The notes beneath the pieces were generated by a model that did not search any database, was not told where the DNA came from, and worked only from the letters and a program-made list of their open reading frames with translations. From the NCBI RefSeq assembly GCF_001194135.2, contig NC_068982.1, positions 73,317,815 through 73,381,814 on the forward strand: a stretch of 64,000 nt of DNA, in the 5' to 3' direction. The translations under genes and the position numbers were made by a program. This DNA is from Octopus bimaculoides. Its lineage: Eukaryota. This document shows positions 26,993 through 40,705 of this stretch, piece after piece (the first letter of the stretch is position 1; each line of letters starts with the position of its first letter).

Positions 26993-27350
26993 GTTGTTGG
27001 CACTCCGTCGCTTACGACGTCGAGGGTTCCAGTTGAAATTAACGTGCAAGTGGCTGAGCACTCCACAGACACGTGTACCCTTAACGTAGTTCTCGGCGGA
27101 TATTCAGCGTGACACAGTGTGACAAGGCTGACCCTTAGAATTACAGCCACAACAGAAACAGGAAGTAAGCGTGAGAGAAAGCTGTGGTGAAAGAGTACAG
27201 CAGGGTTCGCCACCATCCCTTGCCGGAGTCCCGTGGAGCTTTAGGTGTTTTCGCTCAATAAACACTCACAACGCCCGGTCTGAGAATCGAAACCGCGATC
27301 CTATGACCGCGAGTCCGCTGCCCTAACCACTGGGCCATTGCGCCTCCACT
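26993..27350 (-). mobile_element. tRNA-derived SINE family C, copy 1, with 13-bp TSD
   Basis: A box TGGCCCAGTGG and B box GGTTTCGATTCC-like on the minus strand. TSD ATACACTGCTACA at 26980-26992 and 27351-27363. Confidence 0.9.
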
Positions 27351-27699
27351 ATACACTGCTACATATCAGGTACATACGACATTTACCAAAGGTACTAAAA
27401 TCTGAAGGAGCTACTTAAATTTTTTGATCTAACCAAAAACACAGTCTCTGTAATAAAGGGAGCAGTAGAGGTCACTTCTGGATCTCAGAAGGATAGTGGA
27501 TAGGGTAAGGATAGAGCAGTGGAGACATAAATGTCATGTAATGTCATGACCTGTCACATGGTTTGGTGTGAAGCATTTAAAATGTTGCCAAATAAAAAAC
27601 TTTAATCAATAGTGTACATGCTAATAGAAATATATATTTCTTCTACGTATGTTAATCACGATTTTTCAACAGCATTTTTCATACATGGAGAGCATGTTA

Positions 27700-28250
27700 T
27701 AGAGCTGAGAAAAGACAATAGACATTGTCGGGTTGGGAAATGGGGTTATATATTGTAGGGCTGAGAGAAGATGACGCACGTTATAGAGCTAGGAGAAAGG
27801 ATTAGATTGTAGAACTAAGAGAAGAAGCGAACTGTGAAGGGATGATAGAAGAGGAAGAAGCGGATGCACATCGTACACGCTTAATAAGGAAAGAAGAAGT
27901 GGGTGCACAGTGTAGAGTAAAAAGAAGCACGTGCACATTGTAGGGCTGGGAGAAAAGAAACTCATTGTAGGGTCGGAAGTAGGGAAACGAGAGTGCACAT
28001 TATAAGGCTGCGAGATGGGATGTACACTGTAGGGAAACAAGAAGAGGTCGCACATTGTAGGGTTGAGAAATAGGGGTGCGTATAGCAAGTGTGAGTGAAA
28101 GGGCATACATAGTAAACCTGGGAGTAGAAGGTGTGTGTTACAAGGCTGCACACTGTAGGAACGGGGGTAGATAGTGCACGTTCTAGGGACGAGCGATAGT
28201 CGTGCACAATGTAGGTCCAGGAGAAGAGGGTTCACACATTGTACGATTGC
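27700..28250. repeat. Degenerate minisatellite-like array (motif gtgcacattgtagggctg recurring every 30-40 bp)
   Basis: Recurrent tgtaggg and gtgcaca motifs with purine-rich spacers. Confidence 0.55.
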
Positions 28251-28306
28251 CCTCTGTTGCTGAATATTTTAGCAGAGATCCAAAAACAGCCTTTCTTCTG
28301 AAGGCA

Positions 28307-28371
<65 letters not shown>

Positions 28372-28555
28372 NNNNNNNNNNNNNNNNNNNNNNNNNNNNN
28401 NNNNNNNNNNNCACGTGGTTCCGGGTTCAGTTCCATTGCGTAGCACCTCGGTCAAATGTCTTCTACTATAGATCCCGCGGGCCAAAGCTTTACAAATGTG
28501 GATTAGGATAACAGAAATTGAAAACGACCCCGTCATGTGTGCTTATATATGTGTG

Positions 28556-28626
<71 letters not shown>

Positions 28627-28727
28627 ATATATATATAATACATATATATATACATACATATGTGTGTGTGCCTTTGTGTTTATGTTATTATGTTTGTTCT
28701 CCACCACCGCTTGACAACCGATGTTGA

Positions 28728-28983
28728 TTTGTAGTAAAAATTGTTTGCCAACATAACATGGCAGTCCTGGTTTAGGACGAATCGTCTCCAGTTGGCTATA
28801 CGACACGATCTGTGTCCTTATATTTTCGAACAAGGGAATCTAGCACCCCCACTCATTCCCTTGTTCAAAAATATAAGGACACAGATCGTGTCGTATAGCC
28901 AGCTGGAGACGATGTCTCCTGGGGCAAATTACAGCAACATTCGTCCTAAACCAGGACTGCTGGCAAACAATCTTTACTACAAA
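28728..28983. repeat. 256-bp imperfect palindrome inserted into a SINE
   Basis: Two nested arm pairs around a 15-nt loop. CCGATGTTGATTTGT occurs at 28718-28732 and 29032-29046. Confidence 0.85.
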
Positions 28984-29129
28984 GTACTGTCGCTGAATAT
29001 CTCACGTTGTGAGATTTAAAAATAGTTATTTCCGATGTTGATTTGTTGACGTCCTCATCACATAGCGGTTCTGCAAAAGAGATCGATAATGTAAGTACCA
29101 AGCTTAAAAATATGTACGAGAGTCAATTC

Positions 29130-30126
29130 TTTCGACTGAAAAAAGAGACCTTCAATGGTCTTCTGGTGAATACGGTGGATGACAGAGTACTTCCAAGTTC
29201 AGTTCCTGCAACTTGAGCAGCGTTCTTTGTGCAACATGTGGTCGAGCATTGTCTTGCAAAAGAATTGGCCTGTCTCCATTGACCAATCTCGGTTGTTTAA
29301 TTATAAGTTCACTTATCATTTCATCCAATTGTTTGATGTATACACCCGCTGTAATTGACTTACCAGGTCTCATGAAGCTGTAGTGGATGACACCGGTGCT
29401 GGACCATCAAACAGACACCCTTAGCTATTTTTGGTGAATATTCTTTTTTGGATTGCACTTTGACACTTCACCTCTATCCAACCACTCTATTTTTCATCAC
29501 ACGTACCAATACGATGCAAAAATGTTTCGCTTTTATGATGTATCAACAAAGAACAGCAACTTTCAAGACAACGTGCCATTTGATGCGCATTCAGTTCGTG
29601 TGGTACCCACTTGTCCAGCTTCTTTACCTTGCCAAATTTGTTCCAGATGGTCCAATACAGTTGGAATCGAAACATCAAACCTTGCTGCTAACTCATGCGT
29701 AGTTTGAGATGTATCCGCTTCCACTCACCATTATCCACCTTTGTCTCAGGTCTACCACGGGGGTGATTTTCAAGAGAAAAGTCACCAGACCGGAACTTCT
29801 CAAACCATCAACATACAGTACGCTAATTCGCCACATCTTCACCAAACACCTCATTGATGTTTCGAGCTATTTAGGATGCATTGGTTCCACAACGGAACTC
29901 ATATTCATAAACAACACGAATTTTTTTATCAATCCATGAGTTCACAAGAATTGATTTACAAGACAAAACTCACAATATAGTCAGATACCATGAATTACAT
30001 TTCGAAAAGTGATGATGTAATTCTTCAATGTTGCAAAACAAAGAATTGTCAGAATAAAAGATTAGAATTAACGATTGTCAAACTTGGTGCATAAGAAAAT
30101 TGAACATTTCATTCTTAATGACCTGA
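29130..30126 (-). pseudogene. Mariner (DD34D-type) transposase remnant, 3'-truncated
   Basis: KLDKWVPHEL, TCDEKW, LLQDNARPH and HPPYSP motifs. ATG near 29937 and a TIR-like end TA|TCAGGTC at 30126. Confidence 0.9.
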
Positions 30127-31655
30127 TATATATATATAAAGTGGTGATGTTTGTATTTGTAATACTAAGCAAGTGTAGACGTAAAGGACACCAATACGTT
30201 AATATTTCTGTTCTGCTTCTTGTCTATTAATTCCCTGACAGCGTTTATGTTTTTCACGTTCTTAACACAACCGTATTGAAATTGAACGGTACTACCAAGG
30301 TGTCGAAACCATAATGATATCTGTTAGGTAGCTGATGATGTGTATAGATGTTTGATAACTGTTAATCTTTTCTATCTTGTAATCTCGTTGTTGGCCTTCA
30401 TTCTTATAATGTTGAACTTGTAAAAGGGTTCCTGGTTTCTTGGTTTATGGTTGTTTTGTTGCACACACACTTATATGGGTATATATTAATAGATATACAT
30501 ATACGCGTGAATATAGATGTGCATATTTACATTTATATATATATATATATATATANNNNNNNNNNNNNNNNNNNNNNNNNNNNNNNNNNNNNNNNNNNNN
30601 NNNNNNNNNNNNNNNNNNNNNNNNNNNNNNNNNNNNNNNNNNNNNNNNNNNNNNNNNNNNNNNNNNNNNNNNNNNNNNNNNNNNNNNNNNNNNNNNNNNN
30701 NNNNNNNNNNNNNNNNNNNNNNNNNNNNNNNNNNNNNNNNNNNNNNNNNNNNNNNNNNNNNNNNNNNNNNNNNNNNNNNNNNNNNNNNNNNNNNNNNNNN
30801 NNNNNNNNNNNNNNNNNNNNNNNNNNNNNNNNNNNNNNNNNNNNNNNNNNNNNNNNNNNNNNNNNNNNNNNNNNNNNNNNNNNNNNNNNNNNNNNNNNNN
30901 NNNNNNNNNNNNNNNNNNNNNNNNNNNNNNNNNNNNNNNNNNNNNNNNNNNNNNNNNNNNNNNNNNNNNNNNNNNNNNNNNNNNNNNNNNNNNNNNNNNN
31001 NNNNNNNNNNNNNNNNNNNNNNNNNNNNNNNNNNNNNNNNNNNNNNNNNNNNNNNNNNNNNNNNNNNNNNNNNNNNNNNNNNNNNNNNNNNNNNNNNNNN
31101 NNNNNNNNNNNNNNNNNNNNNNNNNNNNNNNNNNNNNNNNNNNNNNNNNACAAGCAGGCGTATTAGTTTAACGCTCGGGAAGAATGGAAAGAGATAAAAA
31201 AAAAAACGGAGAAAGAATGAAAAGAAATAAACGGTGAGGAAAAAAAAGTGTAGAGATTAACGGTTCAACATATGAGAGGTGAATATATTTAACCACTCGT
31301 CATCGTTAGGGATGAGGCCGCTTCGTAGCCTTCATCGTGTAATAATAATTTCAGTGTATAATGAATTATTTTATATATATATGTTTATATGTACGTACGT
31401 ACGTATGTACGTATGTATGTATGTATGTATGTATGTATGTATGTATGTACTGTCTGTGTGTGTGCGCGCATACACGCACCAGTGCATGTACGCTTTATCG
31501 ACACAGGTATGGGTATTTGGTTAAGTAGCTCACTTTGCAGCCACGAGTTTCGGATTCAGTCTGATTGCGTGAACCCGTGTCTTTTGCTATGGGCTCCGAC
31601 CAACAAATGCATTGTGAATTTGGTAGACGGAAACTGTATGGAAGACCGTCATATA

Positions 31656-31715
<60 letters not shown>

Positions 31716-33389
31716 NNNNNNNNNNNNNNNNNNNNNNNNNNNNNNNNNNNNNNNNNNNNNNNNNNNNNNNNNNNNNNNNNNNNNNNNNNNNNNNNNNNNN
31801 NNNNNNNNNNNNNNNNNNNNNNNNNNNNNNNNNNNNNNNNNNNNNNNNNNNNNNNNNNNNNNNNNNNNNNNNNNNNNNNNNNNNNNNNNNNNNNNNNNNN
31901 NNNNNNNNNNNNNNNNNNNNNNNNNNNNNNNNNNNNNNNNNNNNNNNNNNNNNNNNNNNNNNNNNNNNNNNNNNNNNNNNNNNNNNNNNNNNNNNNNNNN
32001 NNNNNNNNNNNNNNNNNNNNNNNNNNNNNNNNNNNNNNNNNNNNNNNNNNNNNNNNNNNNNNNNNNNNNNNNNNNNNNNNNNNNNNNNNNNNNNNNNNNN
32101 NNNNNNNNNNNNNNNNNNNNNNNNNNNNNNNNNNNNNNNNNNNNNNNNNNNNNNNNNNNNNNNNNNNNNNNNNNNNNNNNNNNNNNNNNNNNNNNNNNNN
32201 NNNNNNNNNNNNNNNNNNNNNNNNNNNNNNNNNNNNNNNNNNNNNNNNNNNNNNNNNNNNNNNNNNNNNNNNNNNNNNNNNNNNNNNNNNNNNNNNNNNN
32301 NNNNNNNNNNNNNNNNNNNNNNNNNNNNNNNNNNNNNNNNNNNNNNNNNNNNNNNNNNNNNNNNNNNNNNNNNNNNNNNNNNNNNNNNNNNNNNNNNNNN
32401 NNNNNNNNNNNNNNNNNNNNNNNNNNNNNNNNNNNNNNNNNNNNNNNNNNNNNNNNNNNNNNNNNNNNNNNNNNNNNNNNNNNNNNNNNNNNNNNNNNNN
32501 NNNNNNNNNNNNNNNNNNNNNNGTGTGTGTGTGTGTGTGTGTGTGTGCATCTTACAATAATTCTGCGTATCATTGCGTTACTTAGCCCGTTGGTAACGCT
32601 TTCACGTGCTTAAGCAAAAAGAGAGAGAAAGAAAAGAGGGAGAAAGAAAAATAGAGAGGGAGAAAAAGAAGGAGAGAGAAGCGTCCATGACGTGAAGTAG
32701 AAGAAAATGTAACTGTAACGCTTTCACACGATTAGTTGAAGGGAAAGAGAGGCGGAAGAAAAATGATGCTGTATGACGTGTGATCTACAAGGGAGATTAT
32801 TTTAGGTTACCTTTTAGTTTACTTTTCAATTTCTAAAAACCCGTAAGATGTTGATTAAAGATTTTTATAATGTGATCAGCAACGAAACGAAGGCAGTTGC
32901 ATTTTTACAAGAAACCGGCACTAAATTCACATCATTCCTTAACAAAATTTGCTCACATAGATCACACGGAAAGTAGGACTAATGCAGAGTAAAGGAAAAA
33001 GTAATCTAAAGTAATCTCTCTTTAAATTATAGATCACACACCAAATAGCACCTTTCTTTTTAAGAAATGGTGAGAATTTAGAGCTGGTGATTGGATAGTG
33101 AAAAGTGTATTTTTTTTTTAATTGAACTAAGTTTTTTATATCATCTATCACTTAACGATGCACATTAGTGCAATTCCGTGAAACAATTCGAGGTTCCGAT
33201 GAAGTTATAAAGTGTTTTTCATGCATTCAACTATGAGTCCACTGCATCTTATAGCAGAAACGGTTGTAAGCTAATGAAGGTCATAACATAATCGCTTTTT
33301 TTTTTTCTCCCTTTGTCATCTCATTTTCTTATTACCGCTCTATACTCGTTTAACACTTCGTTTTTGTTTTCGTTTTAAGTAACGGCGGT

Positions 33390-34960
33390 CAACGTCGCTG
33401 TTAAAGTGGAAATTATGTGTGCTGGTTAGTATCTCCTGGGTTTTCACTTCGATGGCTTAGATCTCATCAAGTGTCCAATCAAGTAGCCCAAATGTTGGTA
33501 TGACTACTGGTACCGTAAACAAATTGTGAGCCACTTTTTTATTGAATGCAGAGAATTTAGGGGTCCATATTTTCTTTATCCGGCTGTAATATTATTTATT
33601 GGAACGTGTCTTGTTACAGGTACCATCGTAAGATATGTTTTCATCTCTTCCTTGGAACCTGTAACATTCCTCATCAGAAACAGTTAAGTCATTGATGGAG
33701 ATGCTGCTTGTCTGGTTCATAGTTTTCTCTCTTTTCACAACCATATAGCAGCATTTATCCTAACCAAAATCCAACCCTATATCTTTTGTGAATGTTGTAA
33801 CTAGGTCAAGGATCTTTTTCATCACATGTATATTCTTGGCATAGTTTCGAGTCGTCCACAAAGAAACAGTGTGTAATTTTGGTATTTCTGTTTCCTTGTG
33901 AACCAGTGAGATAGCATTCAGACATTCTTAACATGAATGACAAGGGGTTTACAGAAAGTATAAAGAACATCACAGAGAGTCTGTCTCTTTGGAATATACC
34001 TCTGCGATACTGTTTTCTTAGTGATAATACAATCACACTTTGTATTTAATTTCAAGATGGTGGCTCATGATGAAATCAGGTCAGCTATGGCTTTGACTAT
34101 GCTCACTGGAACTAGCAAGTCGAAAAGCTTCTAGTATCCATGAGTGGGGGACAGAGTCAAAAAGTTTCTTGTAGTCCAACCACATTGAAATTAAGTTCCT
34201 CCTATACTACCGCACCTCTGACATTACAGTTTTATTTATCAACAATTCCTCGGCATATCACCAGATTCCCTTCTTCCCAGCTGTTTGTTCTGCTGGGATG
34301 ATGTTAATACTTTCCTGGAGGAAGAGATTTAAACATGCTGTCTATATTTTATACATTAAGTTCTGGCATGAAATCGGCCGGTAGATTTTTGTCATGCGGA
34401 TGATTCTGTTTTCGGGGATCACTTTTCTCTCTATTAGTGTGGTATGCTACTATTTCCACTGATAGCTTGCTGGTAATGGCTGATAAGATATGGTCAGTAG
34501 AAGGTTAGCTTCTTGTACCAGTATCCAACAATCTAGTCTCTTCCAAGCGCTTTTCCATCCTGAAGTTTCTGGATTACAGTCATAAGGTTATCACCATCAA
34601 TGTTGTATACCTTGGATGTAATGCAGGAACAATAACCTCTTCGGATTTCTTCCTGCCACAGAGCATTTCGGTTAAATTCCATCTCTTCGCTTCAGATTTT
34701 CCTCCAGGTGTCTATGTCTTCTTGTGAAGGAGCTTCTATATTTACTGTTTTTCATCTCATGTTTCCGTACACTGCTGCCTGATTCCGTTTACATTTTTTG
34801 TTTATTGTTTTTCGTTGTTGTTTTTTCGGTTATTCTCCTCTGATGTCGGAGTTTCTCACCGAGAACTTTTAGTTTCTGCTTCAGAGTGATCACTTTGCAA
34901 TTGAGTGTTTTCTTTTTGCTTTCTCCAAACACCACTTCTATTTCCGTCTTCACTTTTTCT
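33390..34960 (-). mobile_element. Second, distinct R4/Dong-clade LINE remnant (RT region)
   Basis: Fragments NYRPISCQNL, WLDYKKLFDSVPHSWI, RGIFQRDRLSVMFFILSVNPLSFML and KITHCFFVDDSKL. Multiple stops. Confidence 0.8.
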
Positions 34961-34969
34961 TGGTGAGAC

Positions 34970-34970
<1 letters not shown>

Positions 34971-35000
<30 letters not shown>

Positions 35001-35377
35001 GGCACTCCGTCGCTTACGACGTCGAGGGTTCCAGTTGATACGATCATAAAAACAGCCTGCTCGTGAAATTAACGTGCAAGTGGCTGAGCACTCCACAGAC
35101 ACGTGTACCTTTAACGTAGTTCTCGGGGATATTCAGCGTGACACAGTGTGACAAGGCTGACCCTTTGAATTACAGGCACAACAGAAACAGGAAGTAAGAG
35201 TGAAAGAAAGTTGTGGTGGAAGAGTACAGCAGGGTTCGCCACCATCCCCTGCCGGAGCCTCGCGGAGCTTTAGGTGTTTTCGCTCAATAAACACTCACAA
35301 CGCCCGGTCTGGGAATCGAAACCGCGATCCTATGACCGCGAGTCCGCTGCCCTAACCACTGGGCCAATGCGCCTCCA
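34971..35377 (-). mobile_element. tRNA-derived SINE family C, copy 2, with (CTAA)n tail
   Basis: Near-identical to 26993-27350, with (TTAG)n at 34971-34999. Confidence 0.9.
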
Positions 35378-36912
35378 GACAGGGCATATAGACAGACGTT
35401 AATCTGCCAGTTTCATTACACTGCTGTAAATATTCCTATCCAGTTTCATTTATAGCTTTTAATACTATGTTGGTCTTTTGCTTACTTTCGTACAGAACAC
35501 TCTCTCTTCAAGAGAGTACTTTAATACGAAAGTTATTTTTTCTTGAAAAATTTTATTAAGGTTGTATTTCACCAATATATAACCATGATTACTACTGCTA
35601 TAACGTATGTATGTATGTATGTATGTATGTATGTATGTATGTCATTATTTAGTTTTACTTTAAGATTTGTTGTCAATATAGAAAGGGTTGATTTCTAACC
35701 TAGATCCAAGGCTCCTGCATTGGAATTTCAACATCAACAGGGTATTTTTGTATGTATGTATGTATGTATGTATGTATGTATGTATGTGTGCAGGAAGTAA
35801 AAAAAAAGGTGAGGGAAGTGAAAGGTGGTAATAAATAAAAGTATTGACTCTCAGAGAAAGTCAAACTTAAAAAGGGGAGATGTTGGGGTGGAATCCGAAC
35901 ACCGTCGTGAAAGAATAAATGAACGGTTCCGAAATGTATAAATACGTAGAAGTTATTAAGAAGAGAGATTATTGGTTTACATGTTGGTGATTTGAACAGA
36001 TGGTGAATGAATATACAATAAGTCCGCAACTACATTAAAACATCATAATAGTATGCATTATCATGCATATAGTTGCATGATTAGACATGCTCATATATAC
36101 TTAAGTGATAAACTTCTGGAAAGTTTGACAGACTTTTACAGTTCCAATGATGGCTTGGATCAGTAATCTTCGAATCAGCTTTCTCCCNNNNNNNNNNNNN
36201 NNNNNNNNNNNNNNNNNNNNNNNNNNNNNNNNNNNNNNNNNNNNNNNNNNNNNNNNNNNNNNNNNNNNNNNNNNNNNNNNNNNNNNNNNNNNNNNNNNNN
36301 NNNNNNNNNNNNNNNNNNNNNNNNNNNNNNNNNNNNNNNNNNNNNNNNNNNNNNNNNNNNNNNNNNNNNNNNNNNNNNNNNNNNNNNNNNNNNNNNNNNN
36401 NNNNNNNNNNNNNNNNNNNNNNNNNNNNNNNNNNNNNNNNNNNNNNNNNNNNNNNNNNNNNNNNNNNNNNNNNNNNNNNNNNNNNNNNNNNNNNNNNNNN
36501 NNNNNNNNNNNNNNNNNNNNNNNNNNNNNNNNNNNNNNNNNNNNNNNNNNNNNNNNNNNNNNNNNNNNNNNNNNNNNNNNNNNNNNNNNNNNNNNNNNNN
36601 NNNNNNNNNNNNNNNNNNNNNNNNNNNNNNNNNNNNNNNNNNNNNNNNNNNNNNNNNNNNNNNNNNNNNNNNNNNNNNNNNNNNNNNNNNNNNNNNNNNN
36701 NNNNNNNNNNNNNNNNNNNNNNNNNNNNNNNNNNNNNNNNNNNNNNNNNNNNNNNNNNNNNNNNNNNNNNNNNNNNNNNNNNNNNNNNNNNNNNNNNNNN
36801 NNGTAAGATATTTGAGGACTGATTTATATTTATAAAAGAAAATCAGATATATAATAACTTTATTAATTAAAAAATGCTATGAGAATAAAAATAAACCTTC
36901 TTTTCTATAATG

Positions 36913-37983
36913 TTATTCAATAAAGCCAACTTCAGCTTCAACAATTCATTCTATATGAGATCTAAATCGTCTACATGCTCGAATCAAGTGGTCCTGGTTC
37001 ATTTTGGACATTACTCTGACTATGGCGGCTTTCAAAGAATCCTTGGTGTGATGGACGTGTTCATTGGTCTCTTTCTCAGCAACACCCCACATGTAATAGT
37101 CCAATGGATTGCGATCCGGGAAATTAGGAGGCCAATGTTAGGGGATATGTGATCATGAAAATTTTCAGCCATCCATTCCTGGTGTTACTAGAGCCATGTG
37201 TGATAGTGCAGAGTCTTACTGAAATACATATGGCCTTCCATTGCATACACTGTCTATCCAGGTCTAAAGTTATTTCCAGGACTTCAATGTAAGTGGCAAA
37301 GTTAACTCTAAGGCTTTGTGCAAAGAGGTAAGGAGGCATCACATGTCCTTCATGGCTGACAACCCCTAAAACCATGACAGTTGCAAGAAATTTTGAATGC
37401 ATAACACTTGGAACTTCAGAAGGGTCTGCACATAACCATCTATCATTTCTTCTGTTGACTTTTTTATCTTGGTCGAAGTTTTTTTTTTTTCGTTTGAGAA
37501 AAATCAAATCAAGTCTTCTTCTGCTGGATTTTTCAGTTTGTTTAAGAGCCTTTTATATCTGATGTTGTGATTTGCTTTTGCTTTTTCTTACAAACTGACC
37601 TTTCCTCATCATAAAAGACTTATATCTGATGTTTTCGTGGACAACATTTCTGACAGTTCCTTCTGACATATGAAGATCTTTTGCAATTGACCTCATTTAT
37701 TTTCTCTGAGATTGTAATCAATGGTCTGTTGGACTTGCTGGATAAATTCAGGTGTTCTGATGATTTCAGAGCGTTTAGAATGCTTTTTATGCTTTGATAC
37801 TGGTGATATGTTTCCATCTTCAGTCTCTAGCTCCATACAAACTTTGTAGACGAAAGATCTGGTAACTTTTGAAAATTGAGAAATTTCCAAATCATTATGC
37901 TCAGCCTTTATAACCACAATAACAACATGCCTCTTCATTTCTTGAGTAAACTGAGTGTCTGCCATTATTATTTTCTGAAACAA
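36913..37983 (-). pseudogene. maT/DD37D-type Tc1/mariner transposase remnant
   Basis: KVNRRNDRWL, VMVLGVVSHEGHVMPPY, GRPYVFQ*DS and a C-terminal EAEVGFIE*. The termini fall in N gaps. Confidence 0.85.
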
Positions 37984-38024
37984 AGATTATACAGAGTTAG
38001 TAAAAAATGCAGCAATGACCCAAA

Positions 38025-38064
<40 letters not shown>

Positions 38065-38448
38065 NNNNNNNNNNNNNNNNNNNNNNNNNNNNNNNNNNNN
38101 NNNNNNNNNNNNNNNNNNNNNNNNNNNNNNNNNNNNNNNNNNNNNNNNNNNNNNNNNNNNNNNNNNNNNNNNNNNNNNNNNNNNNNNNNNNNNNNNNNNN
38201 NNNNNNNNNNNNNNNNNNNNNNNNNNNNNNNNNNNNNNNNNNNNNNNNNNNNNNNNNNNNNNNNNNNNNNNNNNNNNNNNNNNNNNNNNNNNNNNNNNNN
38301 NNNNNNNNNNNNNNNNNNNNNNNNNNNNNNNNNNNNNNNNNNNNNNNNNNNNNNNNNNNNNNNNNNNNNNNNNNNNNNNNNNNNNNNNNNNNNNNNNNNN
38401 NNNNNNNNNNNNNNNNNNNNNNNNNNNNNNNNNNNNNNNNNNNNNNNN

Positions 38449-38519
<71 letters not shown>

Positions 38520-39391
38520 GATAGATGGGTGGGTGGGTGGTTGCTTGGGGTAGTTGGAGAGATTAGCCTGTTTTTTATATACATATTCGTGCGTATTTTT
38601 TCTTTCCGCATGACCTGTGTAACAATGTAAGAAAGATAACTCTTAAAAGTCTCGTATTGTAAAGAGTTGTCTAACATTAACCGTTAGACAAGATTGTTTG
38701 CTTTTTTTTAGTTTCATTGATTTTTTACAATCAGTAAATTTATTATTTTTCATTCACTTATTCATTAATAGGCATCCAAGAAGATATAGAAAGTAGATGA
38801 ATACATCTATTTATATTTAATTTTATCATTGTATTTTATGTATCAAATCAGTGGAATTTGAACTCAGAACGGAAAAAGATAGATGAAATGCCACTAAGCA
38901 TTTTGCCCGACGTGCTAACAATTCTGCCACATATTGTTTGACACCAGATGTGGTATGAAAATAATAACCCACGGGTCGATTAGAGAGAGAGAGAGAGAGG
39001 AGTAAATTTGAATATGATACAATTCAGACGAAAACAGCAAATTATCAGAAGCTAAATACTGTAAAATTTACAGTTTACTGGAGGTGGTGGATCGGTTAAA
39101 TTTTTTATGATGAAGCAGAAATTTCAAAACGAAAATATATGCTTGTCCTTTCGCATTCGATAAAATAAGTCCTAGTACAACGGACTAGAAATATTCCCAC
39201 CAGTAAGCGGTGTTATAACTAATCACAAAGAAAACAAAAATTATTGTCTGCGTCATACATATTGAAAATATCTTATTTAGAGAACTTGGTTAAAAACTAA
39301 ACTGAGTGGTGTTTATGTATGTTGTTGTTCAGTTTTATTTCAAGATTTCTGTATGTATGTATGTATGTATGTGTATAAATATGTGTCAGAC

Positions 39392-39435
<44 letters not shown>

Positions 39436-40233
39436 CGACCGACAGACAGATGGCTACCAGCTTGTAGCTTTCGCATGTATGATCATTATGTTTATTGTCA
39501 TATTACGTTCAGTTTGATCGTCGACCCACTTAGGAACCATTCGATGTTGAGCATCATGTCAGATCTTTAGTAAAAGTACAGCAATGTCATGACAGTTAAC
39601 TAGCTGCTGGGGCATTGAATCTAATTTTGTATTTATCAGGTATTCTGCCCACTGTAGACGTTGCAAATTTCACTGTTTTTACAAAAAGGCTGAATTTTTG
39701 GCTCCTGCAACAAACCTTTGTAAAGTCTAACGGCCAGTGCGATCCATTTACGATTCCTTTTGGCTCTAATGCCTTCGCTTCCAGTTGATGGTTTCTTATG
39801 AGTCATGAAGAACATGAGCAATGCATTATACTTTATGCTTTTTGAGTTAAATTCAACAGAAGTGAAGATAAACATGAAATAGCTGAATCTGATAGAAGTT
39901 GTGATGTCCTACCACCGCGAAATTGCCTGTATTACTTGTCCAGGTGCAAGGATGGAAATAAGAAAATGAAACCGGTGTAGTATCAAAAGATGGAAGTTGT
40001 ACGATATAAGAGCAAATACTGGGTAATTAAAAGTAGTAACAAGATCCACAACACGCAAGAATGTTGAAAACCATAATAAACAAGGTAAGTTGAATTGTTT
40101 GCACGCTCAAACAAGGTTGATTAAAAGAGAGGGCAGATGTTCTTAGCTGTAATGTTAAGGTCAATGAAAACAAATAGGTAAGGGAAGAAAAGGGCGCGAA
40201 AAGGAGTTGGCAAGAATATTGAGAACAATGAGA

Positions 40234-40705
40234 GGCGCAGGAGTGGCTGTTCGGTAAGTAGCTTGCTTACCAACCACATGGTTCCGGGTTCAGTCCCACT
40301 GCGTGGCACCTTGGGCAAGTGTCTTCTACTATAGCCTCGGGCCGACCAAAGCCTTGTCAGTGGATTTGGTAGACGGAAACTGAAAGAAGCCCGTCGTATA
40401 TATGTATATATATNNNNNNNNNNNNNNNNNNNNNNNNNNNNNNNNNNNNNNNNNNNNNNNNNNNNNNNNNNNNNNNNNNNATATATATATATTTGTGTGT
40501 CTGTGTTTGTCCCCCCACCATCGCTTGACAACCGATGCTGGTGTGTTTACGTCCCCGTAACTTAGCGGTTCGGCAAAAAGAGACCGATAGAATAAGTACT
40601 AGGCTTACAAAGAATAAGTCCTGGGGTTGATTTGCTAAAGGCGGTGCTCCAGCATGGCCGCAGTCAAATGACTGAAACAAATAAATGAGTAAATGAAAAA
40701 TAAAA
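40234..40705 (+). mobile_element. tRNA-derived SINE family B (CORE-like domain, internal TA/TG microsatellite)
   Basis: GGCGCAGGAGTGGCTG..GGGTTCAGTCCC head, accttgggcaagtg CORE-like motif, internal microsatellite and A-rich tail. Partial copies at about 8990-9140(-), 14955-15120(-), 20810-20935(+), 22255-22420(+), 28402-29110(+) and 31500-31655(+). Confidence 0.9.

Noticed and set aside
27270-27349. tRNA-like sequence with A and B boxes
   Set aside because: It is the head of a SINE with body and TSD; no proper acceptor stem or anticodon arm for a functional tRNA. The same holds for the other SINE heads.
30440-32613. ORFs of 200-400 aa
   Set aside because: They consist of N-gap X residues plus microsatellite translations. 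The same applies to ORFs over the gaps at 1.4-2.2, 14.5-14.9, 26.1-26.5, 36.2-36.8 and 38.1-38.4 kb.
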